A stretch of DNA of 64,000 nucleotides from a virus. Taxonomy: Duplodnaviria > Caudoviricetes. Location of the stretch: IMG/VR virus record IMGVR_UViG_2974670102_000001, positions 32,001 through 96,000 of that record; one strand, 5' to 3'. Below are positions 47,030 to 55,411 of the stretch, one piece after another (within the stretch, counting starts at the first letter, position 1; each line of letters opens with the position of its first letter). The position numbers and the translations under genes are program-made. A model generated the notes under the pieces. The model did not search any database. It was not told where the DNA came from and was given only the letters and a program-made list of their open reading frames with translations.

Positions 47030-47325
47030 TCCAGAACATTGTCGAAGCGCTCCAGCAGATCGCGAATGTAATCCTTGGACTGAACCAGCGCGTAAATCAC
47101 ACGGCTGTCCGCGACCTCTTCGGTGAAGTCGTTGATGACCGTTGCGCCGTTGATACGGGCCCCGAGCAAGTTGCCGAATGCCAGACGGGCCGAGTTCAGG
47201 TCTTCGAATTCCTTCAGGTCCACGTTCTCTTCGTCACTCGCGAACTGGAGAGCGATCTCGTGGGCACGACAGGCACCTGCGCTGTCGAAGACCTCGTGGT
47301 CATCCGATACATACTGCACTTTCAT
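47017..47325 (-). CDS. hypothetical protein (MKVQYV...)
   Basis: GGAGG RBS before the internal ATG. Confidence 0.6.
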   Translation of the reverse strand: MKVQYVSDDHEVFDSAGACRAHEIALQFASDEENVDLKEFEDLNSARLAFGNLLGARINGATVINDFTEEVADSRVIYALVQSKDYIRDLLERFDNVLECNK

Positions 47326-47527
47326 CGTTTCTTCCTCCGTGTGCCATAGGCACCTGAAAACTGTTGATGGAATGTCTTGCGGCGTATTTCTTCGTCCGCA
47401 GATTGACACGCTGCAATTGAGTAGAGAGATTGCGTCACCGCCTTGTTTACGACGCATGTGTCGATGCCGAGAACACGTCCCAGACCACGAGCCACACCGG
47501 GCCCAGCACCAACCACTACTACCCGCT

Positions 47528-47749
47528 TCATGCCGGGTCCTTCACGTACTTTGGCGATTTCGGATTGCAGAGCGGGCACAGGTCCTGCCCCTCGCTCGCG
47601 TCGGGCCCGATCTTCCAACCATCGCGTCGTGCTGCTGCCTTGCAGCGCGCTACTGTATCTGCATCGAAGTACTCGTGTGGGAAGTAGTTGTACGGATGCT
47701 TGCGTCCCGAATCGCAGTAGAGCGCGATAGACGCGCCGCTCGCCATCAT
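47528..47749 (-). CDS. small Cys-containing (Zn-ribbon-like) protein
   Basis: LYCD...ARRDGWK...DLCPLC. Confidence 0.6.
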   Translation of the reverse strand: MMASGASIALYCDSGRKHPYNYFPHEYFDADTVARCKAAARRDGWKIGPDASEGQDLCPLCNPKSPKYVKDPA

Positions 47750-48207
47750 GATACCACCTTCGACAGCAGCTTGATTGCCCTGTCCAGCTTCGAGCCCTCA
47801 CGGCGACGGCTCGTCATTTCCGTGTGCTGGAGCACGAGGCGCAGTGCGTCGACCTCGACGGTGGTCAAAATCGTGATGGGGTTGCCCGTGGGCTTGGCCT
47901 TCCGGGCGATCTTGGACTTGGAGGAACTGATCCACAGATCGTCTCCATCGTCATCCAGCTTGGCCTGATACTTGATGGCGGCTTCACGAATCTCATCGAG
48001 CGTGAAGTCACTCAGCTTCTTCTTCGCCAAACAGGACTCACGGGTTGCCCACGCGTAGCGCAAACTCACCTTCGACGACTGCTTGTAGTTGATACCCGGG
48101 ATCAGGTACTCGGTGATTCCGCGCCCGATCTGGGGACCCGTCAGCCCTTTCAGTGCAGCGTCGAACGCGTTCATGCGCAGAACTACTTCATCGGTCACAT
48201 GTTCCAT
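47746..48207 (-). CDS. hypothetical protein
   Basis: 153 aa with RBS. Confidence 0.6.
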   Translation of the reverse strand: MEHVTDEVVLRMNAFDAALKGLTGPQIGRGITEYLIPGINYKQSSKVSLRYAWATRESCLAKKKLSDFTLDEIREAAIKYQAKLDDDGDDLWISSSKSKIARKAKPTGNPITILTTVEVDALRLVLQHTEMTSRRREGSKLDRAIKLLSKVVS

Positions 48208-48541
48208 TTTCCCTTTCCTCCCAGATAGCGCGGGCCAGCGCCAGACGGTTACGGCCCATGTCAGTCAGTCGATACGAGTACACCCACTTCGGGAATCCCA
48301 TGCTGGAGAACCCGTCACCGATACCCGTGGTATGACGCGTAAGGTAACCCATGCTGCGCGCTTTTGCAAGGTCTCGTCCGAGACGCGGGCAGTTGTCGGC
48401 ACCGAAAGGCATCACGTTGAACGGGGCGTCTGTGCGCTCGATGTACCTGTCGACGACATAGCGGTTCAGGACATCGGCCTCACGCTCGTGATCCACCAAG
48501 TCCAGAACCACGTCGATACGATCAGCCAGTGTCATTGCCAT
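48188..48541 (-). CDS. hypothetical protein, possibly winged-helix
   Basis: 117 aa; L...R.MGYL.R...WVYSYRLT. Confidence 0.55.
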   Translation of the reverse strand: MAMTLADRIDVVLDLVDHEREADVLNRYVVDRYIERTDAPFNVMPFGADNCPRLGRDLAKARSMGYLTRHTTGIGDGFSSMGFPKWVYSYRLTDMGRNRLALARAIWEERENGTCDR

Positions 48542-48708
48542 CGCAGCGCCTCTGCTTCGGTATCGGTGACGGGGATCGCGTCGACCAGATCGTAGGCAAC
48601 TTCTTTCGCCTCCATCACGTCCATGAATTTGGCCAGCGTGCTACCGACCCACGTACGCCGCTTGCCGTTGACTCGGTACACAACTTTCAGTTCCATACCA
48701 GCAGCCCC

Positions 48709-48924
48709 TTACAGGTGTTGAGCGGCCATGCGGCGCGCGGCCTCACGGATGCTGTTTTCGATGACTACGGCCTTAACCTCGCCTTCGAACTGCTCGTGCG
48801 CTTGCGCATGGATTGTCTTCGCGTTGATGCCGCAGCGCGCGAGATCGAATGCGAAGGCGACGATGCGCACATCGAAGTTGTCGACCTTGGTGTTGGCAAT
48901 GCTATGCAGCGAGGAAGAGGTCAT
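48709..48924 (-). CDS. hypothetical protein (MTSSSL...)
   Basis: AGGAG RBS before the internal ATG. Confidence 0.45.
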   Translation of the reverse strand: MTSSSLHSIANTKVDNFDVRIVAFAFDLARCGINAKTIHAQAHEQFEGEVKAVVIENSIREAARRMAAQHL

Positions 48925-49132
48925 ACTTGGTCTCCTTTTCAAGAACCCTGTAACCGTTGACAAAATAGTGGGTGGGCGTTCGCGCACCCTTGATCTGGAC
49001 GATGACACGCACCGACTCGTGCGAACGTGGGCGGTACTCCAGCAAGTGGGCTTCGCGACCGTCGCGGGTCACGATGCGCGCACCAGTCGAAGCCGCGTCC
49101 ACGTCAAAAGGCAAAAGCCGAATCGTCATCAC
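48902..49132 (-). CDS. hypothetical protein
   Basis: PFD...A..GA..VTRDGREA...DLFL phage-type motif. Confidence 0.6.
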   Translation of the reverse strand: MMTIRLLPFDVDAASTGARIVTRDGREAHLLEYRPRSHESVRVIVQIKGARTPTHYFVNGYRVLEKETKYDLFLAA

Positions 49133-49185
49133 CGACCTCCATAACGAGAGAAGACAGTGTACAACGATTCGGCTTCGGGTGCAAC

Positions 49186-49452
49186 TTATTCGTAGAAGAT
49201 CACGATGTCGACCACATCACCCTTCCCACTGGAGTGCGCGTAGTACCGGAACTGCGTGCCATCGTAACTCAGGTCCCAGTCGTGCATTCGGTCGTCGATG
49301 AAAACCGTACGATGATGAACCTTGCCCATTTCGTTCAATCCTTGCTCATCGAGCAAAAGACAGATCGAATCGACACGGCCTTTCACACACTTTGGCAACT
49401 CGTACCACTGGAAGCTGTCGTTCTGGACGCCCGTGACGATCACGCACTTCAT
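49186..49452 (-). CDS. hypothetical protein
   Basis: 88 aa, coupled. Confidence 0.55.
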   Translation of the reverse strand: MKCVIVTGVQNDSFQWYELPKCVKGRVDSICLLLDEQGLNEMGKVHHRTVFIDDRMHDWDLSYDGTQFRYYAHSSGKGDVVDIVIFYE

Positions 49453-49862
49453 TGCTTGCCATGCCTATAGAGGTGGCAGTGCGCTTCGTACGCTTGGCGT
49501 GCGAGCCCGATGGCCGCGTCCAGTTCGCGCGACGCGTGGTCCACGTGCAGCGTCGAAGACAGGACACCCTTGGTCTCGACCGTGAGTTTCGCCTTATACG
49601 TCAGCGTCTTGTCGTCGACCGAGATCACGAGCGCTGCGCCGTTCTTCGTGTCGTCGAACAGGACATACTCACCATCAACCTTGTCCTTGTAGACACTATC
49701 GGCAACGACACCGCCGATGGTCGAGTACAGGACAGTCATGCCCTTCTGGATCAGGGCCTCGCGCCACGCGGTGTGGAACGCGCGCAACTCGCTGTTCATT
49801 TCGGTAACACGTTCGCGTGCCTTCTTGCGGATGCTGTCGAGAACGGGGGTGTCGATACGCAT
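49449..49862 (-). CDS. hypothetical protein
   Basis: 137 aa, coupled. Confidence 0.6.
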   Translation of the reverse strand: MRIDTPVLDSIRKKARERVTEMNSELRAFHTAWREALIQKGMTVLYSTIGGVVADSVYKDKVDGEYVLFDDTKNGAALVISVDDKTLTYKAKLTVETKGVLSSTLHVDHASRELDAAIGLARQAYEAHCHLYRHGKQ

Positions 49863-50185
49863 TAGCTGCTCTCCTTGTCAAACTTCATGATGTCGATGTG
49901 TACGCCGATGGCTTCGTAGCTCTGCGATGCGTACACGGCCACGGCGTCGTCTACGATCAGGTACTCGTAGACGAGTTCCCCACCGTCTACCGGACGGCCC
50001 GTCAGGTAGACCACAACGTCTTCCAGCTTTGTGCCGTTCACGTTGGGCTTACGTGCGTACTGCGTGGCACCCTTCTCGATCCACCACTTGACACCCTGCT
50101 CGTTGATGAACATGGGTTCCGTATTGCGCAGATTCATGAAGCTCATGCAGCCTCCTGTTGTGTTGCGGACGTGGCACATACCCAC
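49862..50185 (-). CDS. hypothetical protein (likely start MSFMNL)
   Basis: AGGAGG RBS before the internal ATG. Confidence 0.6.
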   Translation of the reverse strand: MGMCHVRNTTGGCMSFMNLRNTEPMFINEQGVKWWIEKGATQYARKPNVNGTKLEDVVVYLTGRPVDGGELVYEYLIVDDAVAVYASQSYEAIGVHIDIMKFDKESS

Positions 50186-50439
50186 TCACTGGGTACGAAC
50201 CTGATACGTCCTTGAGGTGAAGTCAAGAACAGGGCCATGGCCGGGCTTATCTCCCGACCCTCCCTGCTCGGCGCTGGGTCACACTTCTCGAACCCGAGTT
50301 CCGGGTTGAGCGAATCGTCTAGATCACGGGCTCTCTCCCAACCGTTAAGCCAGAGGGAACGCGCGACGCCGGATTCAGGATTTTCATGTTGCCGTACACC
50401 ATCCCAGTATGCCTCGTAACCGGCGCGACGTGCGCCCAC
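50143..50439 (-). CDS. ribosome modulation factor (RMF)-like protein
   Basis: GYEAYWDG....NP......RSLWLNGW resembles RMF GYQAGIAG....CPY...RSQWLGGW. Confidence 0.55.
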   Translation of the reverse strand: MGARRAGYEAYWDGVRQHENPESGVARSLWLNGWERARDLDDSLNPELGFEKCDPAPSREGREISPAMALFLTSPQGRIRFVPSEWVCATSATQQEAA

Positions 50440-50441
50440 GG

Positions 50442-50693
50442 TCAGCCTTTATGCTCGTCTGCAACCACCCGGAACTCCTTCAGGTGCTCCGCGTCCATGA
50501 GGCGCACGATCCGGCTCACTCTGGCGGCCACGGATCGGCATCGCGACTGATACTCGTCGAGGCGATCGATCTCGCTCGCGCTGCGCGACGTGAAGGCCGC
50601 GCGTTCTGCCCACCGGGCTTTATCATAGGCGACACCAGCGATGAAGAGCAGGTCAGCCTTACTGAGTTCCTTGTTCAGATCGATACTGCTCAC
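50442..50693 (-). CDS. small helical protein, paralog B
   Basis: IDLNKELSKADL...YDKARWAERA. Confidence 0.65.
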   Translation of the reverse strand: MSSIDLNKELSKADLLFIAGVAYDKARWAERAAFTSRSASEIDRLDEYQSRCRSVAARVSRIVRLMDAEHLKEFRVVADEHKG

Positions 50694-50923
50694 AGTACAC
50701 CTCCGATTTGGGGCAACTTAGCGGCATCACGCAGACGCACTGCGCGGCTAAGCTTGTCTGCCAAACGACGCCGCTTGCACGCCTCTTCCAAGAACGGCAG
50801 TTCTTCTTTGGCAGTGGGGGCTTCGTACCCTGCGCGCTCGGCTCGGCGGGCATCGGCGTAGAGGATGTTGGCGGCCAGAATGAGGTCGCTCGTGCTGAGT
50901 TCCTTGTTCAGATCGAGTTCCAT
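50690..50923 (-). CDS. small helical protein, paralog A
   Basis: LDLNKELSTSDL...YADARRAERA; first gene after an early promoter. Confidence 0.65.
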   Translation of the reverse strand: MELDLNKELSTSDLILAANILYADARRAERAGYEAPTAKEELPFLEEACKRRRLADKLSRAVRLRDAAKLPQIGGVL

Positions 50924-50950
50924 GCAATCTCCTAATCAGTTGATGCACGT

Positions 50951-50978
50951 ATTGTACACGGATCACACACAATTGCAA
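50951..50978 (-). promoter_or_regulatory. sigma70-like early promoter
   Basis: TTGCAA-16 bp-TACAAT. Confidence 0.6.
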
Positions 50979-50994
50979 GCGGGAAACACAAAAC

Positions 50995-51024
50995 AAAAAA
51001 GCCCGGCGGGGGACCGGGCTTTTT
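50995..51024. terminator. bidirectional Rho-independent terminator
   Basis: AAAAAAGCCCGG...CCGGGCTTTTT. Confidence 0.8.
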
Positions 51025-51048
51025 CTTATGCTCGTGGCGCGACGTGTA

Positions 51049-51405
51049 TTACAGCGGGGCTGCGCCCGTCGGGAACGGATACGGCGACGACGGGATCGGC
51101 TTGGCGGTGACGACCGCTGCGTCTGCCGGGGCCGAGACGTTGATCGGTTGCGTGCCAGCCGGAGCCTTGGTGTTGACCGCGATGCCTGCCGGGACCGTCG
51201 ACGGTTGTGCCGTGAACGTGTTGCTGCCGATCACGAGCGTCGTTTCGGCTGCGACGCCTGCGTTCGTGAGCGCACGCGCCTTGCTGCGGACCAGACCGTT
51301 GGCCATCAGGAACTTGACTGCCGGTTCTTTTGCCGTGAAGCTCTGGCTCTTGGCCGATGCGGTGCCTGCGTTGACCGTGACGTTCAGGATGTTCTTCGTG
51401 CTCAT
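51049..51405 (-). CDS. hypothetical Ala/Thr/Pro-rich protein
   Basis: 118 aa, AAGGAG RBS, strong codon bias. Confidence 0.7.
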   Translation of the reverse strand: MSTKNILNVTVNAGTASAKSQSFTAKEPAVKFLMANGLVRSKARALTNAGVAAETTLVIGSNTFTAQPSTVPAGIAVNTKAPAGTQPINVSAPADAAVVTAKPIPSSPYPFPTGAAPL

Positions 51406-51460
51406 TTGCTTCTCCTTTCAGGTTGGTTGGTACTACTCTCTCACTACAGGCTGAAGTCTA

Positions 51461-51931
51461 TCAGCCGAACAGCTTGCTGTAAAGCTCTTTTTCCTCTGCT
51501 GCTACACGCGCTGCCTCACGCGCTTCTTCGATCTGACGCCGGATGTCCGACACGATGCGTCGCTTCTGGTGCTCGATGAAGACTTCCAGTTCGTTAAGCG
51601 GGAACACGATGTTCGCGAACACTTCCCGCACACGGCCATCGCGGTCGATGGTACGGAACGTGACGGTGGTATCGCTCTCGATATCCGCCTCCACAGTGTA
51701 CCACGAGAATTCCTTGATGTGGCCGAAGCCGCAGTAGATAGCACCACGTTCTTGTGCCCAGCGTGCCGTTTCCTCGCCTACGAAACCGAGGGTGCCGTAC
51801 ACCTCGTTCAGCGTGTTGCGATTCTGCCGCACGAATGTCGAGAACAGACCATGACGGTCGCTCTTGTCACGCACCCGAATCGGGAACAGTTCTTCGCGCA
51901 CCGCCGCGATAAGCTCTTGGTCAACTTCCAC
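51461..51931 (-). CDS. hypothetical protein
   Basis: 156 aa, GTG start with AAGGAG RBS. Confidence 0.7.
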   Translation of the reverse strand: MEVDQELIAAVREELFPIRVRDKSDRHGLFSTFVRQNRNTLNEVYGTLGFVGEETARWAQERGAIYCGFGHIKEFSWYTVEADIESDTTVTFRTIDRDGRVREVFANIVFPLNELEVFIEHQKRRIVSDIRRQIEEAREAARVAAEEKELYSKLFG

Positions 51932-51965
51932 CGTCTTGCTCCTTGTCGTTAAGTCGATGAAGTGA

Positions 51966-51993
51966 ATTATACAGGTTCTGAAGATCAGTGCAA
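51966..51993 (-). promoter_or_regulatory. sigma70-like early promoter
   Basis: TTGCAC-16 bp-TATAAT. Confidence 0.7.
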
Positions 51994-52014
51994 GTGTTTT
52001 TCACTTTCTTTTTA

Positions 52015-52209
52015 CTACACTCCCTTAATCAGCTTCGGGGTATCGTGTGCGCGATTCACATCGCAGTGTACAGCCTCACCGCGCTCGAAGCGTCGGTAGT
52101 GATGCCACATGCAATGTGGACATTCAAGTATGAGGTCCCCCGTCACGTCGCGCCCCAAGCTGACTCGGAACCAGCGACCACAGTGCTTACAGTAGTGGTG
52201 GTCGATCAT
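52015..52209 (-). CDS. small Zn-finger protein
   Basis: CKHC...ECPHCMWHH. Confidence 0.6.
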   Translation of the reverse strand: MIDHHYCKHCGRWFRVSLGRDVTGDLILECPHCMWHHYRRFERGEAVHCDVNRAHDTPKLIKGV

Positions 52210-52559
52210 TTGCGGTGCGCTTTTGCTTTCTTTTTCGACGCATGGGTGTGAACGCGTTCAGGCTTCACGTTCCGGGCACGAGCAACGGTCGCGGCACGAG
52301 CCTTCTGGAGTGGCGGGGCCACGTACTGCTTCTGCTCTTTGCAGAATACGCGATCTTCCGAGGTGTACTGACCAGCAGCGTCGACGGAACGTGAGTTCGG
52401 GGCCACGATCTGCGTCATGGACGCAGCAGCCTCGTCACACACCTGCTTCGACGTGTACTGCTGCGAGTTCGGGACCTGCGTCTCCTGCATCTTGAACGCT
52501 ATCTTCCCGTTCAGCAGGAGGACCGTGGCGGTTGTCAGGATGTACGTGGTTAGCGTCAT
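52206..52559 (-). CDS. hypothetical exported or membrane-anchored protein
   Basis: Hydrophobic N-terminus, paired Cys. Confidence 0.55.
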   Translation of the reverse strand: MTLTTYILTTATVLLLNGKIAFKMQETQVPNSQQYTSKQVCDEAAASMTQIVAPNSRSVDAAGQYTSEDRVFCKEQKQYVAPPLQKARAATVARARNVKPERVHTHASKKKAKAHRK

Positions 52560-52990
52560 CCGAACAACTCGCGCAACGTGGGAACGAGGTCCGCGTACTT
52601 GAGGGTGTCGATCTCGCGGATCAACACGTCTTCACCGATGTCCGAATAGACTTCGGCGCGGATGCCCTTGCTCTTGAGGAATTCAGCCAGTCGGTTGGCC
52701 TCGGCAACACCGCGACTGTCGGGACGGAACGTCTGGATCACGATCATCGTGTTGTCGTCCACACGCTCGCTGGCAAAGCGCTCGCGACGGTGGGCGCACG
52801 AGGGCCCGGGCAGGCAGTGACCACCGGTCATGAAGCAGCGGAAGCCGTTGTTCGTAACACCGGTTTGAGCCACAACGACCTCACGCAGCGGGCACTCAGC
52901 AGCGTCGTAGCCCGGGTGGTTGTGGAACGGTGCGGAGCCCGGCAGCAGAGTCGACGAACACGGCAGGTCTTCGTTACGGATCGGGTTCAT
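52556..52990 (-). CDS. hypothetical protein
   Basis: 144 aa, Cys-rich N-terminal half. Confidence 0.6.
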   Translation of the reverse strand: MNPIRNEDLPCSSTLLPGSAPFHNHPGYDAAECPLREVVVAQTGVTNNGFRCFMTGGHCLPGPSCAHRRERFASERVDDNTMIVIQTFRPDSRGVAEANRLAEFLKSKGIRAEVYSDIGEDVLIREIDTLKYADLVPTLRELFG

Positions 52991-53058
52991 GGAAAGTTCT
53001 CGAAAGTTGGGATACCCGAATCATAGCGCAGCAACACATGAAACGCAAGGGCCAAAAG

Positions 53059-53082
53059 AAAAACCCGGCACTGGGCCGGGTC
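53059..53082 (-). terminator. Rho-independent terminator
   Basis: ACCCGGC ACTGG GCCGGGT with a T-tail on the minus strand. Confidence 0.65.
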
Positions 53083-53085
53083 TGG

Positions 53086-53286
53086 TTACTGCTCGACTGA
53101 TTCGTACTTCACGAGAAAGGCGCGAGTCACACGCGAGCGATATGCTTGACCGCCAGTGCGTTGCGCCGCTTTCTCTGCCGCACCCATGGTCTTGAAGACC
53201 GCGAGGTATCCGTCGACACACAGGTGGGGCTTTCCGGACGAGGGGAGGATGTGAATGCCCTCACCGCGCTTTAGGCCCCCGCGCAT
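53086..53286 (-). CDS. hypothetical protein
   Basis: 66 aa, coupled. Confidence 0.55.
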   Translation of the reverse strand: MRGGLKRGEGIHILPSSGKPHLCVDGYLAVFKTMGAAEKAAQRTGGQAYRSRVTRAFLVKYESVEQ

Positions 53287-53708
53287 CAGGCGCTCAGGTC
53301 AAGGCCACGTGCCTTGAAGAAGTCGTGGATGATCTCCAGACCCTCGGCCGCTTGCTTGTAGCCTTCTGCGGCCAGTGCCTCGTTGCGGCCCGGCAGCGCA
53401 TCATCCATCTTGCGGAAGCCGAGGCGCAGGAGCGTCAGGCCCTCGGCCCAGTCGCGGATGACCGGGAAACCTGCGGCGGTTGCCGCGTCTTGTTCTTTCT
53501 GGTTGTACGGCTGAACGTTCATCTTGATTCCTTGTTGAAGGGCGCAGAGTTTGGCCCAAAAGTCGGGGTCGGGTGCCGGGTCTGGCTTCGGCGTCCCGTC
53601 CTCGTTAAAACAGTAGAAGCCGCCTTCGCAACCTAGTGCGAGACAGCCTCCGGGTTTGCAGTCTTTCACTCTTGTACCTCGAAGAACATATTGGCGATTG
53701 CTTCGCAT
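53286..53708 (-). CDS. hypothetical protein
   Basis: 140 aa; start uncertain. Confidence 0.5.
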   Translation of the reverse strand: MRSNRQYVLRGTRVKDCKPGGCLALGCEGGFYCFNEDGTPKPDPAPDPDFWAKLCALQQGIKMNVQPYNQKEQDAATAAGFPVIRDWAEGLTLLRLGFRKMDDALPGRNEALAAEGYKQAAEGLEIIHDFFKARGLDLSA

Positions 53709-54007
53709 GTGCGGTACGCCACCTCGTTCGGGGACGCAGGCACGAACGGGTCGACCGCGCGACCGCGAACGTTAATGTGCAGCGTGCCGTCGTCCTTGAA
53801 ATTGAGAATGGTGCCCCGATTTGCGAGCACGACGCGCGCGAAGTCATCGCCCATGACCAGCGGATTGAAGTAGCGCATGCGGCCCGTCTCATCCCTTACG
53901 TGCACGGCAACTGCGTCACGCACGCGGTACGTCATGTAGTCGAATCCAGATGCCCGGCAGCAGGTCCGGATCACCGAGATATCATGCTGGCTGTGGGAAA
54001 CCTTCAT
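53666..54007 (-). CDS. hypothetical protein (MKVSHS...)
   Basis: ATGA coupling with the upstream stop. Confidence 0.55.
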   Translation of the reverse strand: MKVSHSQHDISVIRTCCRASGFDYMTYRVRDAVAVHVRDETGRMRYFNPLVMGDDFARVVLANRGTILNFKDDGTLHINVRGRAVDPFVPASPNEVAYRTCEAIANMFFEVQE

Positions 54008-54387
54008 GCGCTCACCGCTAACGTTCCGTCGTCTTCGGGCCACTCGTCGGCCTCCGACGGCCCCGCGCCATCCTCGTCACCGAAGTCGGCGTCATCGTCG
54101 AGGTGCTGCGTCTCGACATCGGTCACGTGGTCGGCTTCGAACGTGATGAGTTCGGGCATCGAGCCGAGGTAGTAGTCGGTGTAACCCATCCACCCCTTCT
54201 GCGCCGAACCCGAGCCCGGGTAGATGTCAGCGTAGGTCAGGAAACACGGGTGCTCGTACCCGGCCCAATCGCCCTCTGCGATCAGCGGGCTTGTGCCGTC
54301 CGGACCCACACCGATCTCGACGGCTACCAGACGATGGATCGTGTCACCCCACGAACCGGCCTTGTACTCATGAATCAGCTTCATCAT
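54004..54387 (-). CDS. hypothetical protein with acidic tail
   Basis: 127 aa, coupled. Confidence 0.6.
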   Translation of the reverse strand: MMKLIHEYKAGSWGDTIHRLVAVEIGVGPDGTSPLIAEGDWAGYEHPCFLTYADIYPGSGSAQKGWMGYTDYYLGSMPELITFEADHVTDVETQHLDDDADFGDEDGAGPSEADEWPEDDGTLAVSA

Positions 54388-55379
54388 TCCTCCAGATAGG
54401 TTTTCAGCTTCGCGAAAAGCTTAGTGACTTGATTCTCGGTGAAACCAAAGTGTTCACGTGCGCGCTCAATGTAACGGGTGTAGTCCATTGAGTCAACAGC
54501 GGACGCATTGTCACGCTTTAGAAATTCCGAGAAATCTCGATCATGGTGTCCAGCACAGATCAGAAGAAACCGTTGCACATCGGGCCGCATGTTTTTCGAA
54601 AGCTGGACCAACGTCGTAAGGCTGTCGCGCAAGCCGCCCATGTACTGATCAGGAGCCGCCATATTCGAAAGCGCTTCGGTCGTAACCAGCCTCGATTCAA
54701 ACTCACCTTTGTCGCCACCGCTCTTTAGCTGAAGGCGCTGACGGCTCGGATTCGTGTGATACGAGATCAGCGTCTTACCCGTGTTCGAGATCGTGGTCTT
54801 GGCCACGTTCGTGATGTGCAATTCCGAGTCGAAGCGCGGGTACTTCAGATACATGGCACGCAGCGCCTGCGTCGTCATGTCGTTCTTCAGGTCCTCGCGC
54901 TTCAGCCCGAAAGCAGGCTTCATCAGGAACTTCATCTTCTTATTCATGAACTTTCCAATGTAGCCGGATCGTTCAAGTTCCTCGATCACTCCGTAAACCT
55001 TGGCCTGCCACGTTGCCAACCGGTACGCTGGGTACTTGAAGGGCAGATGGTTCAGGTTGAGACGACGAAGAAACCTAGCATCGTCCGCGTCGATCTTGAA
55101 ATCGATGGCACGGGGCTTCTCTCCACCCATGCGATGGCGGAAATATGCCCATGCGTACAGCTTGCAATTGCAAAGCACGTAACCCGTGGCCCCTTGCAGG
55201 TCGATACCAATGCCTTCGGCACGGATAACGGCCAACACGCGGTCCACGGATTCGGGTTCGATCTCACGCAACGTCGCGACCAGTGAATCTTGGTCGCGTC
55301 GCCCAAACAGGTAGGCGAAGGTCGCGCCTGCAAGCACGGGGAAGTTCTCTTCCCTGAAACCGAAAATCTCCTTGAGCAT
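54384..55379 (-). CDS. hypothetical protein, possible divergent sigma factor
   Basis: REDLKND....ALRAMYLKYPRF.....TNVAKTTISN resembles sigma70 region 2; helical C-terminus. Confidence 0.4.
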   Translation of the reverse strand: MLKEIFGFREENFPVLAGATFAYLFGRRDQDSLVATLREIEPESVDRVLAVIRAEGIGIDLQGATGYVLCNCKLYAWAYFRHRMGGEKPRAIDFKIDADDARFLRRLNLNHLPFKYPAYRLATWQAKVYGVIEELERSGYIGKFMNKKMKFLMKPAFGLKREDLKNDMTTQALRAMYLKYPRFDSELHITNVAKTTISNTGKTLISYHTNPSRQRLQLKSGGDKGEFESRLVTTEALSNMAAPDQYMGGLRDSLTTLVQLSKNMRPDVQRFLLICAGHHDRDFSEFLKRDNASAVDSMDYTRYIERAREHFGFTENQVTKLFAKLKTYLEE

Positions 55380-55411
55380 GACCTACTCCCTACACTACGT
55401 TGATGAAGCGC

